A stretch of DNA of 64,000 nt from Verrucomicrobiota bacterium (lineage in GTDB: Bacteria; Verrucomicrobiota; Verrucomicrobiia; Limisphaerales; JANNEF01), in NCBI GenBank assembly GCA_031378375.1, contig JANNEF010000313.1, forward strand, positions 3,893 to 67,892, in the 5' to 3' direction. Shown one piece after another: positions 39,110-49,039 of this stretch. The translations under genes were made by a program, and so were the position numbers. Each line of letters begins with the position of its first letter. Position 1 is the stretch's first letter. A model generated the notes under the pieces. That model did not search any database. It saw nothing but the letters and a program-made list of their open reading frames with translations, and was not told the DNA's origin.

Positions 39110-42100
39110 ATGAAGATCATTGCTGTCTGGTCGCCAATGCAAGCTGTGCGGTTGCTGGTGCTCCTTTGGCCGCTCCTCGCGCCGGGACAAGCCGCGTTCG
39201 CCATCCCCGCCATCTCGACGCAGCCCACCAACCAGTCTGTGACCTCCGGAGCAAGTGCGAGCTTCACCGTGGCCGCCAACGGCTCCAGCTTGACTTACCA
39301 GTGGCGGCATAATGACGCGAACCTCCCGCAGGCGACCAACGCCATCCTCTCGCTGACAAGTGTCCAAGTCCGTGACGCCGGCGCCTACGCCGTGGAAGTC
39401 CGCGACAATTCCGGCGCGGTCACCAGTCAGGTGGCGGTTCTGACGATTGATGCGCACCTGACGTTCAAAGTCACCGGCCTCGCCACGAACGGCTTCATCG
39501 CGTTTGAACACAGTGGACTCACTGGCGACGACCGCGGCGGCATCGCCGTCTCCGGCACGCAGGTTTTTTACACCGGCGACAACAGCACGGCGCGGTGGAA
39601 CATCGAGTATCTGAACGGCGGCACCACACTCTCGACGCGCTTCGATGCGTTGGTGAGTGACCTCCGGACCGCCACCGTCTATTCGCTGGCCAACGGCACC
39701 ACGGCGCTCACCTCGCCGGGTGGCACCGCGAATTCGCTGCTGGAACACAACGGCGCGACCGGGGCGCTCACGGGCAATCGGATCGACCTCTCCGCCAGCA
39801 TCGCGCTGAATAACAACCAGAACATCGGTATCTTCGCCGGGTTCGGGCGAATTGTGCTCCACGATGGGACGCGCGCCTATGACGTCGCGTTGCCTTCAGG
39901 AGTGGTGACGGACCTGGGCGAGGTGTTCATTCCGCAGCACGCCAACACCGAAAACTGGGCCTACTGGGGTCTGGCCGAATACATCGGCGGCGCGATTCAC
40001 CTCGTTTACGTGCGCGACAACCAAAGTATCGTGCGCACACGCGTGACAGACGGGGCCACCAGCGTGGCCGCGAGTTTCGAAAACCTTTCCGACATGGCGG
40101 CAATTTCCTTCTCCGTCGCTTTCAGCCGCTGGTTTTTCCACCACGAAGGCACTTCTCAGTTCAACTCCGCCGACGAAACCATCGGTTCCGCCAAGGCGTT
40201 CTACACGACCAACCCCGGCTACCCGGCCATTCTCCGTGAACCGCAGGGCCAATCCTCTTTTCCCGGCGGCACCGTCACGTTCACGGTCCTCGCCACCGGC
40301 GGCGAGCCGTTGACTTATCAGTGGCGGGTCAACGGCCAAGCCATCGCCGGCGTCAACGGCCCGACACTCATGCTCACTAACATTCAGCCCGGCGACGCAG
40401 GCAATTACGACGTCGAAGTCAGCAACGCCTTCGGTGCCGTCACAAGCCTGGAGGCGGTGTTGCAGGTGTTCACCGTGCCCACCATCGTGGCGGACCCTTC
40501 GGGCCAGGCCACGTATCCGGGAGGCAGCGCCTCGTTCAGTGTGTCGGTTGTCGGTGCGCCGCCGCTCAGCTATCAATGGCGCTACAACGGTACCAGTATT
40601 AACGGTGCCACCAACGACACGCTGTCCCTCTCAAACATCGCGCCCGCGAGTGCCGGTAACTACAGCGTGCGCGTGAGCAACACTTACGGCAGCGCCACCA
40701 GTGCGGATGCGACGCTGGACGTGATTACGGTTCCGTTCGTTCTGATCGATCCGCAGGGGCAGACGGTGGCGCAAGGCGCTGCCGCGACGTTTTCCGTGCT
40801 CGCCGACGGCGCTCCACCGCTGCGCTATCAATGGTTCTTCAACAACGCCACAATCGCGGGTGCTACCAACGACACGCTGCTGCTGACCAATGTGACCCCC
40901 GCCCTGGCCGGACTCTATGGCGTGCGCGTCACCAACATTTATGGAGCGACCACCAGCGCGGTTGCCGTGCTGACGGTGCTGGGTGCGCCGGAAATTCTCA
41001 CGCAGCCGGCGAGCCAGTCGGTGTTTCCCGGACAGAGCACGTCCTTCTCGGTCTCTGTGTCGGGCGCGACGCCCTTGCGTTTCCAATGGCTGCTCAACGG
41101 CAACATCGTCACCAACGCCACCAGCGCCACGCTCAATCTGAACAATATCCAGACCAACCAGGCGGGCCTCTACAGCGTGCGCGTGACCAACCAGTTCGGC
41201 GCGGTGATCAGTTCCAGCGCACTGCTGACGGTCATCTTTTTCGAGGACGACGGCTCGGTCTTCCGCATTGCCAGCCTGCAGACCAACAACCCGCGCACGG
41301 CCCTCACCGGTCCAATCCTGGGCGGGAACTACGAGCGCGGTCCCATTGCCGTTTCAGCGAGCAATGTTTTTTTCTCGGGTCCCACCTTCTCCGCCCGGGC
41401 CAACGCCGAAACCCTCACCGGACTCGCTTCCGTCGGGCGATACTACGGCGGCCTCTGCGCCAACCTGCGCACCGAAAATGTTTATGCGCTGGGTAACGGC
41501 ACCAATGTCATCGGCGAAGGCGGTGGCACCGTCACCACGCTGCTGGAGTTGAACGGACTCACCGGTGCCCTCACGAACCGGAGCGTCACCCTGTCCTCCT
41601 CCATTCCGGCCACGGAATCCGGCGGCCAGGTCGGCATCTATTCCGGCTATGATCGGATTGTCATCCACAACGGCTCGCGCGTGTACAACATCGCGCTGCC
41701 GTCCGGTACGGTGTCGGATTTTGGACCGCTGAGTTCGCCGACGCATCCGTTTTCGTTCGGCTGGGCGTATGGCGGCATCGCCGAGCACTTCGGTGGCGTC
41801 GTGCATCTCGTTTATGCGCAAAACAGTACCACCATCGTCCGTCGCAGCGTGGCCACGGGGACGATTACCACGGTCACTAATTTCTTGAACCTTTCCCCGT
41901 ACATGAACGCCCTGGGCGCTTCCATCGCGCGCGGCCGTTGGTACTTTCATCACCTGCTCGCATCGCAGTTTGGCAACAACAATAACGACAACAACCTCCT
42001 CGGCTACGCTCCGGCGACTTTCACCATCAACTCCGGTCAGAACATCGATCACTTTGACTTCGCTCCGATTAACGCCCTCCAGGTCGTCAATGTTCCCTTC

Positions 42101-45100
42101 ACGGTGACCCTGACCGCGCGGACGACCGGTGGAACGCTCGCCAGCAACTACACGGGCACCGCGTTTCTGACCGGTCGGCACATCACCAGTGGCGCCCTGG
42201 TCTCGATTTCACCCGCCTCCGTCACCCTCACCAACGGTGTCGCCACCGGCCCTGTCACCGTCTCGGTCGGTTCGCCTGGCATGACGCTGCGCGCCGACGA
42301 CCGTAACGGCAACCTCGGTGCCAGCGCGCCGTTCTCCGTCAGCCCGCTGAACGATCTCGTCGTCAGCGTCACGGATGCGCCGGACCCGGTTCTGCTCGGC
42401 TCCAACCTCACCTACGTTGTCACCGTCACGAATATCGGCCCCACCACCGCCACGGCCGTGACGATCACGAACACGCTGCCACCCACGGTCACCCTTGTTT
42501 CCGTCGCCACCACGCAAGGCAGTTGCACCACCAACGGGAACGTCATCCGCTGCGCGCTTGGCTCCGTCGCGACCGGTGCCACCGTCACCATTGTCGTCGT
42601 CCCGCCCGCGCCAGGCCTCATCACCAACCGCGTGGCCATCGGGCGCGGCGAAAGCGATCCCAACGCGGCCAACAACGCCGCGACCAATGTCACCACGGTC
42701 ACGTTGCCCGCGTTGTTCGTCAGTGGCGCGACCGTCGCCGAAGGTAATAGCGGGACCAATGCCCTGCTGTTTACTGTGAGTTTGGATCCCGCCGCGACCA
42801 ACACTGTCACCGTCAATTATGCCACCGCCAACGGCACCGCCATTTCAGCCGGTGCCAACGCCGACTACGTTTCCATCTCCGGGCAACTGACTTTCCTCGC
42901 GGGCGAAACCAACAAAACCATCAGCGTCAGCATCCGCGGCGACACCACGTTCGAAACCAACGAAACGTTCTTCGTCAACCTGAGCAATCCCGTCAACGCC
43001 ACGACCAACAACAACCAGGCCAACGGCCTGATTCTGAACGACGACCAACCGCCGACCGTCAGCGTGACGGATGTGACGATCACGGAAGGTAACTCGGGCA
43101 CGAACAACGCCGTGTTCCGCGTGGGGCTGTCCGCCACCTCCGGCGTGGGCATCCAGGTGCCTTACTCCACCGCCAACGGCACCGCCCGGTCTGTCACCGA
43201 TTATATCGCGCGCAGCGGTGTGCTGAACTTCACGCCGAACACCGCCACGCTGACGCAGACGCTGACCATCTCGGTGCTGGGCGACACGGTGGTTGAGCCG
43301 AACGAGGTTTTTTACCTGAACCTGCTGGGCGCGACCAATGCCACGCTCATGAACACGCAGGGTGTCTGCACGATTCTCGCCGATGACGGCATCGGCGTGG
43401 TGGAACATTTTGTCTTTGACCCGGTCGCGTCGCCGCAGCGCACCAACGAGCCATTCACGGTCACGGTGACGGCGAAGGATGTGTTTGAGACGACCATCAG
43501 CAATTTCACCGGGACGGTCACGCTCTCCGGTCTGTTCGGTACGCCGCCGGTGCAGGACCGGATCGTGGGCGACCTGGCGGCGACCAACACTGGCACGGGC
43601 GACTACACTCTCGGTTTCGCGTTCACGCCGACGAATGACCTGCGCGTAACGCATGTGCGGCACTATTCCGGCACAAAAGTTTCCATCTGGACCAGCGGGG
43701 GTGCGCTGCTGGCCAGCCGGAACGTGACCAGCACGCCGGGCACCTGGGTAGAGACACCACTGACTGAACCGCTGCTGCTGCCGGCGGGCAGCACTTACGT
43801 CGTGGCGGCCTATACGGGTGGCGGCAGCGGCAGTTATTTCTTCGAAACCAATCCGACGACCAATTTCAACCACGGCTTGCTTGGGAGAAACCTTTTCAAT
43901 TCCGGCGACACCTTTCCCACCCAAGAACCGGGCGCTCTTTTCCTGGTGGATTTGGTTTACGAAACAGGCGCGCCGCCGGCGCCGGTGCCGGTGTCGCCAA
44001 CTATGTCAGGCAATTTTGTGGACGGCGTCTGGACCGGCGTCATCGCGGTGGAGCAGGCCAGGACCAACATGCAGTTAAGGGCGACGGACGCGGCGCAGCA
44101 CACGGGCCTCAGCAATCCCTTCGACGCGGTGCCGGTCACCGTCGTTTTGCCCGCGCTGGCCATCAGTGGGGCGACCTTGGCTGAAGGCAACAGCGGGACC
44201 AATGACCTGATGTTCACCGTGAGTTTGGATCCCGCTTCGGCGAACACCGTCATCGTCAATTATGCCACCGCCAACGGCACGGCGCTCTCAGCGGGTGCCA
44301 ATGCCGACTACGTTTCCACTTCCGGGCAATTGACCTTCCTCGCGGGCGAAACCAACAAGACCATCAGCGTCGGCATCCGCGGTGACACCACGTACGAAAC
44401 CAACGAAACGTTTTTCGTCAACCTGAGTAACCCTGTTAACGCCACGACCAACAACAGTCAGGGCATCGGCCTGATACTGAACGACGACCAACCGCCGACC
44501 GTCAGCGTGACGGACGTGACGATCACGGAAGGCAATTCGGGGACCAATAACGCGGTGTTCCGCGTGGGCTTGTCCGCCACCTCCGGCGTGGGCATCCAGG
44601 TGCCCTACGCCACCGCCAACGGCACCGCCGTGGCCGGCAGCGATTACATCGCGCGCAGCGGCGTGCTCAACTTCACGCCAAACACCGCCACGCTGACGCA
44701 GACACTGACCATCTCGGTGCTGGGCGACACGGTGGTTGAGCCGAACGAGGTCTTCTACCTAATCCTGCTCGGCGCGACCAACGCCACGCTCATGAACACG
44801 CAGGGTGTCTGTACGATTCTCGCCGATGACGGCATCGGCGTGCTGGACCATTTCGTCTTTGACCCGATCGCGTCGCCCCAGCCGGCCTACACGCCGTTCG
44901 CGATCACGGTGACGGCGAAGGACGTTTCCGAGACGACGATCAGCAATTTCACCGGAACGGTTTCGCTGTCCGGGTTGGTCGGCTCGCCTTCGGTGCCCGT
45001 GCCGGTGTTGCCGACGGTGTCGGCCAATTTTGTGGCGGGCGTCTGGACCGGCGTCATCGCGGTGGAACAGGTCGCAACCAACCTGCAGTTACAGGCCACG

Positions 45101-45898
45101 GACGCGGCGCAACACACGGGCCTCAGCAATCCTTTCGACGCCGTCTCTGGATCAGACGCGGATCTTTCGCTCGCGGTTGTTGCGGCCCCCAGCCCGGCCC
45201 CGTTCACGAGCAACGTGACGTTCGCTGTGACGATCACCAATCGCGGGCCACACGATGCTTCGAGCGTGATTCTGTCCAACCAACTGCCCGTCGGCGCGGC
45301 ATTGCTTTCCGTCCAATTCAGTCAGGGCGGTTGCACCAATGGCAACGGGTGGATTAGCTGCGATCTGGGCAGCCTGACCAACGGTGGCGGCGCCACGGTT
45401 TCCTTCGCCGTCCAACCGGCGGCATCCGGCACGCTCTCGAACTTCGTCGCCATCACCGCCGTGGAGCCGGACTCCGCTCCCGGCAACAATGCCGCCGCGA
45501 CGCTCGTCACCGTCTGCACCGACTGCGATGGCGACGGATTGCCCAACGACTGGGAATGGCTCTACGGATTGAACGCCATGGATTCCGCCGACGCCGCGTG
45601 GGACGGCGACAACGACGGCGCGTTGAACTGGGAAGAGTACGTGGCTGGCACCAGCCCGGTTGATGCCGCGAGTGTGCTGCGCATTGTCCGCATCCAACGC
45701 AGCGGTGCCGACGTGGAGATCGCCTTCGACGCTGTGGCGGGGAAACGCTACCGCCTGGAGCGCTTGGATGGCATGGCTGGCGCCGCCTGGTCGGGCATGG
45801 TGGATTTTCGCGTCAGTCAAAAAACCACCGTTGAGTTACTCGACACCGGTGCCGCCGGCCACCTCTCCCGCTTCTACCGCATCCGCGTGCTGCCGTGA
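39110..45898 (+). CDS. giant secreted multidomain adhesin-like protein (Ig, unknown X domain x2, DUF11 x2, Calx-beta x4, DUF4082, acidic repeats, FYR-ending module)
   Basis: 2262 aa. Signal peptide. Five I-set-like Ig domains (LxYQWxxNG...AGxYxVxVxN). Calx-beta (ATANGTA..G.DY....G.L.F..GE..KTI). DUF11-like (LTYVVTVTNIGPTTA; VTFAVTITNRGPHDA). DUF4082-like (YTLGFAFTPTNDLRVTHVRHY...). C-terminus DCDGDGLPNDWE...DGDNDG...RFYRIRVLP. Confidence 0.9.
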   Translation: MKIIAVWSPMQAVRLLVLLWPLLAPGQAAFAIPAISTQPTNQSVTSGASASFTVAANGSSLTYQWRHNDANLPQATNAILSLTSVQVRDAGAYAVEVRDNSGAVTSQVAVLTIDAHLTFKVTGLATNGFIAFEHSGLTGDDRGGIAVSGTQVFYTGDNSTARWNIEYLNGGTTLSTRFDALVSDLRTATVYSLANGTTALTSPGGTANSLLEHNGATGALTGNRIDLSASIALNNNQNIGIFAGFGRIVLHDGTRAYDVALPSGVVTDLGEVFIPQHANTENWAYWGLAEYIGGAIHLVYVRDNQSIVRTRVTDGATSVAASFENLSDMAAISFSVAFSRWFFHHEGTSQFNSADETIGSAKAFYTTNPGYPAILREPQGQSSFPGGTVTFTVLATGGEPLTYQWRVNGQAIAGVNGPTLMLTNIQPGDAGNYDVEVSNAFGAVTSLEAVLQVFTVPTIVADPSGQATYPGGSASFSVSVVGAPPLSYQWRYNGTSINGATNDTLSLSNIAPASAGNYSVRVSNTYGSATSADATLDVITVPFVLIDPQGQTVAQGAAATFSVLADGAPPLRYQWFFNNATIAGATNDTLLLTNVTPALAGLYGVRVTNIYGATTSAVAVLTVLGAPEILTQPASQSVFPGQSTSFSVSVSGATPLRFQWLLNGNIVTNATSATLNLNNIQTNQAGLYSVRVTNQFGAVISSSALLTVIFFEDDGSVFRIASLQTNNPRTALTGPILGGNYERGPIAVSASNVFFSGPTFSARANAETLTGLASVGRYYGGLCANLRTENVYALGNGTNVIGEGGGTVTTLLELNGLTGALTNRSVTLSSSIPATESGGQVGIYSGYDRIVIHNGSRVYNIALPSGTVSDFGPLSSPTHPFSFGWAYGGIAEHFGGVVHLVYAQNSTTIVRRSVATGTITTVTNFLNLSPYMNALGASIARGRWYFHHLLASQFGNNNNDNNLLGYAPATFTINSGQNIDHFDFAPINALQVVNVPFTVTLTARTTGGTLASNYTGTAFLTGRHITSGALVSISPASVTLTNGVATGPVTVSVGSPGMTLRADDRNGNLGASAPFSVSPLNDLVVSVTDAPDPVLLGSNLTYVVTVTNIGPTTATAVTITNTLPPTVTLVSVATTQGSCTTNGNVIRCALGSVATGATVTIVVVPPAPGLITNRVAIGRGESDPNAANNAATNVTTVTLPALFVSGATVAEGNSGTNALLFTVSLDPAATNTVTVNYATANGTAISAGANADYVSISGQLTFLAGETNKTISVSIRGDTTFETNETFFVNLSNPVNATTNNNQANGLILNDDQPPTVSVTDVTITEGNSGTNNAVFRVGLSATSGVGIQVPYSTANGTARSVTDYIARSGVLNFTPNTATLTQTLTISVLGDTVVEPNEVFYLNLLGATNATLMNTQGVCTILADDGIGVVEHFVFDPVASPQRTNEPFTVTVTAKDVFETTISNFTGTVTLSGLFGTPPVQDRIVGDLAATNTGTGDYTLGFAFTPTNDLRVTHVRHYSGTKVSIWTSGGALLASRNVTSTPGTWVETPLTEPLLLPAGSTYVVAAYTGGGSGSYFFETNPTTNFNHGLLGRNLFNSGDTFPTQEPGALFLVDLVYETGAPPAPVPVSPTMSGNFVDGVWTGVIAVEQARTNMQLRATDAAQHTGLSNPFDAVPVTVVLPALAISGATLAEGNSGTNDLMFTVSLDPASANTVIVNYATANGTALSAGANADYVSTSGQLTFLAGETNKTISVGIRGDTTYETNETFFVNLSNPVNATTNNSQGIGLILNDDQPPTVSVTDVTITEGNSGTNNAVFRVGLSATSGVGIQVPYATANGTAVAGSDYIARSGVLNFTPNTATLTQTLTISVLGDTVVEPNEVFYLILLGATNATLMNTQGVCTILADDGIGVLDHFVFDPIASPQPAYTPFAITVTAKDVSETTISNFTGTVSLSGLVGSPSVPVPVLPTVSANFVAGVWTGVIAVEQVATNLQLQATDAAQHTGLSNPFDAVSGSDADLSLAVVAAPSPAPFTSNVTFAVTITNRGPHDASSVILSNQLPVGAALLSVQFSQGGCTNGNGWISCDLGSLTNGGGATVSFAVQPAASGTLSNFVAITAVEPDSAPGNNAAATLVTVCTDCDGDGLPNDWEWLYGLNAMDSADAAWDGDNDGALNWEEYVAGTSPVDAASVLRIVRIQRSGADVEIAFDAVAGKRYRLERLDGMAGAAWSGMVDFRVSQKTTVELLDTGAAGHLSRFYRIRVLP
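42704..44146 (+). repeat. intragenic tandem duplication, copy 1 (2x Calx-beta + Ig-like + DUF4082 insert + NFVDGVWTGVIAVEQ segment)
   Basis: 42704-43540 aligns colinearly with 44147-44983 at an in-frame offset of 1443 nt. 43978-44130 aligns with 44990-45145. Confidence 0.85.
44147..45150 (+). repeat. intragenic tandem duplication, copy 2 (lacks the ~440-bp DUF4082 segment)
   Basis: See copy 1. Long identical nucleotide runs, e.g. gacgaccaaccgccgaccgtcagcgtgacgg and ctgtccgccacctccggcgtgggcatccaggtgcc. Confidence 0.85.
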
Positions 45899-45922
45899 GC
45901 GCACGGTCTGCTGACGCCGGAC

Positions 45923-47410
45923 TCAAGCGCCCGTTGGCTTCTTGATTTCCTTCAACTGCTGGAATTCCGGTTTCGCGCTGTAATACTTGTCGAGCGGATA
46001 GCAGCCGCTGATCAATCCGTTGCGGGGCGCAGTGGTGCAATCGCTGAACGTGCGGCAAATCAGCTTCGGAGTGACTGCGCCATCTGCCACCGCGTCCGCA
46101 AACAGGTCCGGATACGACAGCACCATCCGACCGAGACCGACCAGGTCCGTCCAGCCGGAGCGCAGGACGGATTGCGCGACGTGCGGCAGATACTCCTGCA
46201 AATAACTGTAAGCCGTGCCGATCAGCGCGAGGCCCGGCGGTGCCTTGGCCTTGAGTTGGCGCACGACGTTGATCTGCCGCGCCACGTCAATGAGCGGATC
46301 GTGCGCGGGCTGGTAGCCGTCGCTCGGCGGGTACGCCGCCGGCCGCTGGAGGTGGGGATTATAGTAAGGCGAACCGGCGCTGACATTCAGAAGCTTGACG
46401 CCGAGCCGCGCGCACAATTCCACGAACTGGAAGGTCTCGGCAAGGTCCGGCTCGACCGGATGGTTTTGGTTCACCCCGAAGGCGAAGCGATACGGCAGGC
46501 ATTGTGAAAAATCCTCCGGCACGCCCGGCCCCGGCTTGCCGGGCTGCGAGAGTGCCGGGTCCGGCTTGAACGGGACGAAGTCAAACGCGCTCAACCGCAC
46601 GCCCAGTTCGATCCGGTTGCCGCTCGCGCGAATGCCGGAAACGATCTCGCGCAGGATGCGCGTCCGATTCTCGAAGGAGCCGCCGTATTTGCCGGGCCGA
46701 GTGAAGGCGCTCAGGAACTCGTGCAGCAGGTAGCCGTGGCAGTGCTTGATGTCCACGAAGTCCGCGCCGGCGTCCCATGCAACCTTCGCCGCCGCGACGT
46801 AACACTCGACGAGTCGCTCGATCTCGCCGTCCGAGAAGACCTGCGCGTCGCTCGTCACGTTGAATTTCCGGTCAAGGATCGGATGCCGGTAGGCGACACG
46901 CGGCTCCATGCGCTTCTTGTCGGTGGGCTTGCAGAACCGGCCCGAGTGCGTCAGTTGAAATCCAATCACCAGATCGTCGGCCCCGCCAAACCGCTCGCGG
47001 TGCGCCCGCACGAGCGTCTCGCGCAGCCCGGCCAGCCCTGCCAGGTTCGTGTCGTTGATGATGAGTTGATTGGGGTTCGCGCGTCCGTCCGGCCGCACGG
47101 CCATCGCTTCGCCGCCGTAAATCAGCTTCGCGCCGCTTTCGCCAAATCGCTGCCAGCGCCGCCGGACTTCGTCGGTGACGCCGCCTGTCGTGGTGGCGTC
47201 CCATCCTTCCATCGGATGGATCGCGCAACGGTTGCCAATGGTCTTTCCGTTGATCGTCACACCGGGAACCGGCTGCGCCAGCGGAGAACTGGCGCCGGCG
47301 ACAATCTGATCGTCGCACGGCAAGTCCAGTCCCAGGCCGGCGACATGCTGGCGAAAATCCGCCACGGTCTTGAGCGACGGAATCCGCGTAAGTTTGAAGG
47401 TGTCGGGCAT
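45923..47410 (-). CDS. NADH:flavin oxidoreductase, Old Yellow Enzyme / 2,4-dienoyl-CoA reductase-like family
   Basis: 495 aa. QLTHSGRF, DIKHCHGYLLHEFLS and GLGRMVLSYPD motifs typical of OYE-fold TIM barrels. Confidence 0.8.
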   Translation of the reverse strand: MPDTFKLTRIPSLKTVADFRQHVAGLGLDLPCDDQIVAGASSPLAQPVPGVTINGKTIGNRCAIHPMEGWDATTTGGVTDEVRRRWQRFGESGAKLIYGGEAMAVRPDGRANPNQLIINDTNLAGLAGLRETLVRAHRERFGGADDLVIGFQLTHSGRFCKPTDKKRMEPRVAYRHPILDRKFNVTSDAQVFSDGEIERLVECYVAAAKVAWDAGADFVDIKHCHGYLLHEFLSAFTRPGKYGGSFENRTRILREIVSGIRASGNRIELGVRLSAFDFVPFKPDPALSQPGKPGPGVPEDFSQCLPYRFAFGVNQNHPVEPDLAETFQFVELCARLGVKLLNVSAGSPYYNPHLQRPAAYPPSDGYQPAHDPLIDVARQINVVRQLKAKAPPGLALIGTAYSYLQEYLPHVAQSVLRSGWTDLVGLGRMVLSYPDLFADAVADGAVTPKLICRTFSDCTTAPRNGLISGCYPLDKYYSAKPEFQQLKEIKKPTGA

Positions 47411-47531
47411 AGCGAGTCAGTGCAACGGGCCCGCCGATGACACCACTGACGCCAGCCCCGGTCAAGCCACGTGCCCGCGCCGAAATCTTTGCGCTTTGGA
47501 GGGTCGCGGTTCCGTGCTACTGTTCGCGCGT

Positions 47532-47825
47532 ATGCCAAACTCCGCCGATGCCTTGCGCCGCTGGCTGGGGATGTTTTGTCTGGCGATGGCAGCCGGCATG
47601 TTGATTTGGGGCCGGACGGTGTTGCAGCCCCATCTGACCGGCGTGGGGTTTGTGTGCTACTGGCTGGGATGCTTCACCTTCACCTTCGCGGCCATTTTCG
47701 TCGCCATGCTGGACTTGCGCACCCTGCGCCGGCGGGCGCAGGAACAACACCGGGAGTTGATTCGCCGGACGTTGGACGAAACCACCGCGTCCGCCCGGCG
47801 CGAAAGCGATCCGTCGGAGCATTGA
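47532..47825 (+). CDS. small hypothetical membrane protein
   Basis: 97 aa from the internal ATG. Two hydrophobic helices (WLGMFCLAMAAGMLIWG; FVCYWLGCFTFTFAAIFVAML). No family recognised. Confidence 0.4.
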   Translation: MPNSADALRRWLGMFCLAMAAGMLIWGRTVLQPHLTGVGFVCYWLGCFTFTFAAIFVAMLDLRTLRRRAQEQHRELIRRTLDETTASARRESDPSEH

Positions 47826-47919
47826 TCCGCCGCACCGGCACGCGATTTTTCCGGTGTTACCTCACGATTTGAATTGATTTCTTTCCGCCGCCCTGTCAGG
47901 CTGCCGCCATCTCAGGAGT

Positions 47920-48789
47920 ATGCAGACCATTGTCAAAACTGCGGGCGCAACTCTGCCGGACAACCAACGGTTGGCCTTGATCAGCCTCCTGGTGGACGAG
48001 GACCCGGCGATTTACCAGATGGTGCGGCGTCGCCTGCTCGCTTACGGCCAGGCCGCCTGCGAATGGCTCCGCCCCCACATGTTGAGCAACGACCCGTTGA
48101 TGCGGCGCCGGGCGCTGGAAATCGTCCACCACCTTTCGCGCGCGGCCAGCGACGGGGATTTTCTGGAGTACTGCCTGAACCACGGCGAGGAACTTGACCT
48201 GGAGTGCGCCGTGGGACTGCTGTCCCAAACGCAGTATCCCGACATCCAAACCGAGGCCTACCAGGCGCTCTACGATGTCTGGGCCGCCGATCTGCGGGAG
48301 CGCATGGATGTGTCGGCCGGCGCGGAGAAAAACCTGGCCGCCATCAACCAGTATCTTTTTGGCGAACTGGGTTTCGCGGGCACTGAACAGTTCGTCTATA
48401 ACCCCGAAAGCTCGTATCTCAACCGGGTGGTGGACCGCCGCGTTGGCAACCCGATCAGCCTGTGCGCCATCTACCTGTTCCTCAGCCGGCGGCTGTGTCT
48501 CCCCATCACCGGCATCGGCCTGCCGGGCCATTTCCTGTGCCGCTATCAATCCGCCACCCGGGAGATCTACATTGACGCCTTCAACCGGGGCCGCTTCTGG
48601 ACCAAGGCCGATTGCGTGAAATACCTTCAGCAAAACAACTACGGCCTGCAGGAAGGCTACCTCGCGCCGGTGACGCCCCGCCGGATGTTGCTCCGCATGT
48701 GCTCCAACCTGCATCAAACCTACTCGCGCCTCGAAATGATCGAGGAGGCGACGCGGCTCCAGCGTTATCTGGTGGCGCTGGCGAGATAG
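47920..48789 (+). CDS. transglutaminase-like (SirB1/YchA-type) protein
   Basis: RVGNPISLCAIYLFLSRRLCLPITGIGLPGHFLCRY matches the Transglut_core2/SirB1 core from memory, followed by a TPR-like tail. Confidence 0.7.
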   Translation: MQTIVKTAGATLPDNQRLALISLLVDEDPAIYQMVRRRLLAYGQAACEWLRPHMLSNDPLMRRRALEIVHHLSRAASDGDFLEYCLNHGEELDLECAVGLLSQTQYPDIQTEAYQALYDVWAADLRERMDVSAGAEKNLAAINQYLFGELGFAGTEQFVYNPESSYLNRVVDRRVGNPISLCAIYLFLSRRLCLPITGIGLPGHFLCRYQSATREIYIDAFNRGRFWTKADCVKYLQQNNYGLQEGYLAPVTPRRMLLRMCSNLHQTYSRLEMIEEATRLQRYLVALAR

Positions 48790-49039
48790 GAAGCGCGCCG
48801 GGCGTGATTCGGACCTGAGTGCGTCACGTTCCGTTGCGTGGCATTCGTAGAGTGCCACGACCGGCCACAAAAACTCGTGTTCACATCATCTCGCCAAGCT
48901 GTATCCAGGCGCTGCGACCGGAGACCGGTCGCGCTCTTATCGAAGCATTACGGCTAGGGTAGTTTCCAGCCGCGCGCTCCGCCTTCTTGATCGCGGCTAC
49001 GCCGTGGAGTCAGCGGGAGGTAGGCTCAAAGGCCCGCGT

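Noticed and set aside
48913-48931. Hairpin gcgaccgg-aga-ccggtcgc between convergent genes, as a bidirectional terminator
   Set aside because: It has only an 8-bp stem and no flanking T/A tracts. It looks like another REP-type fragment, so it is not reported as a terminator.
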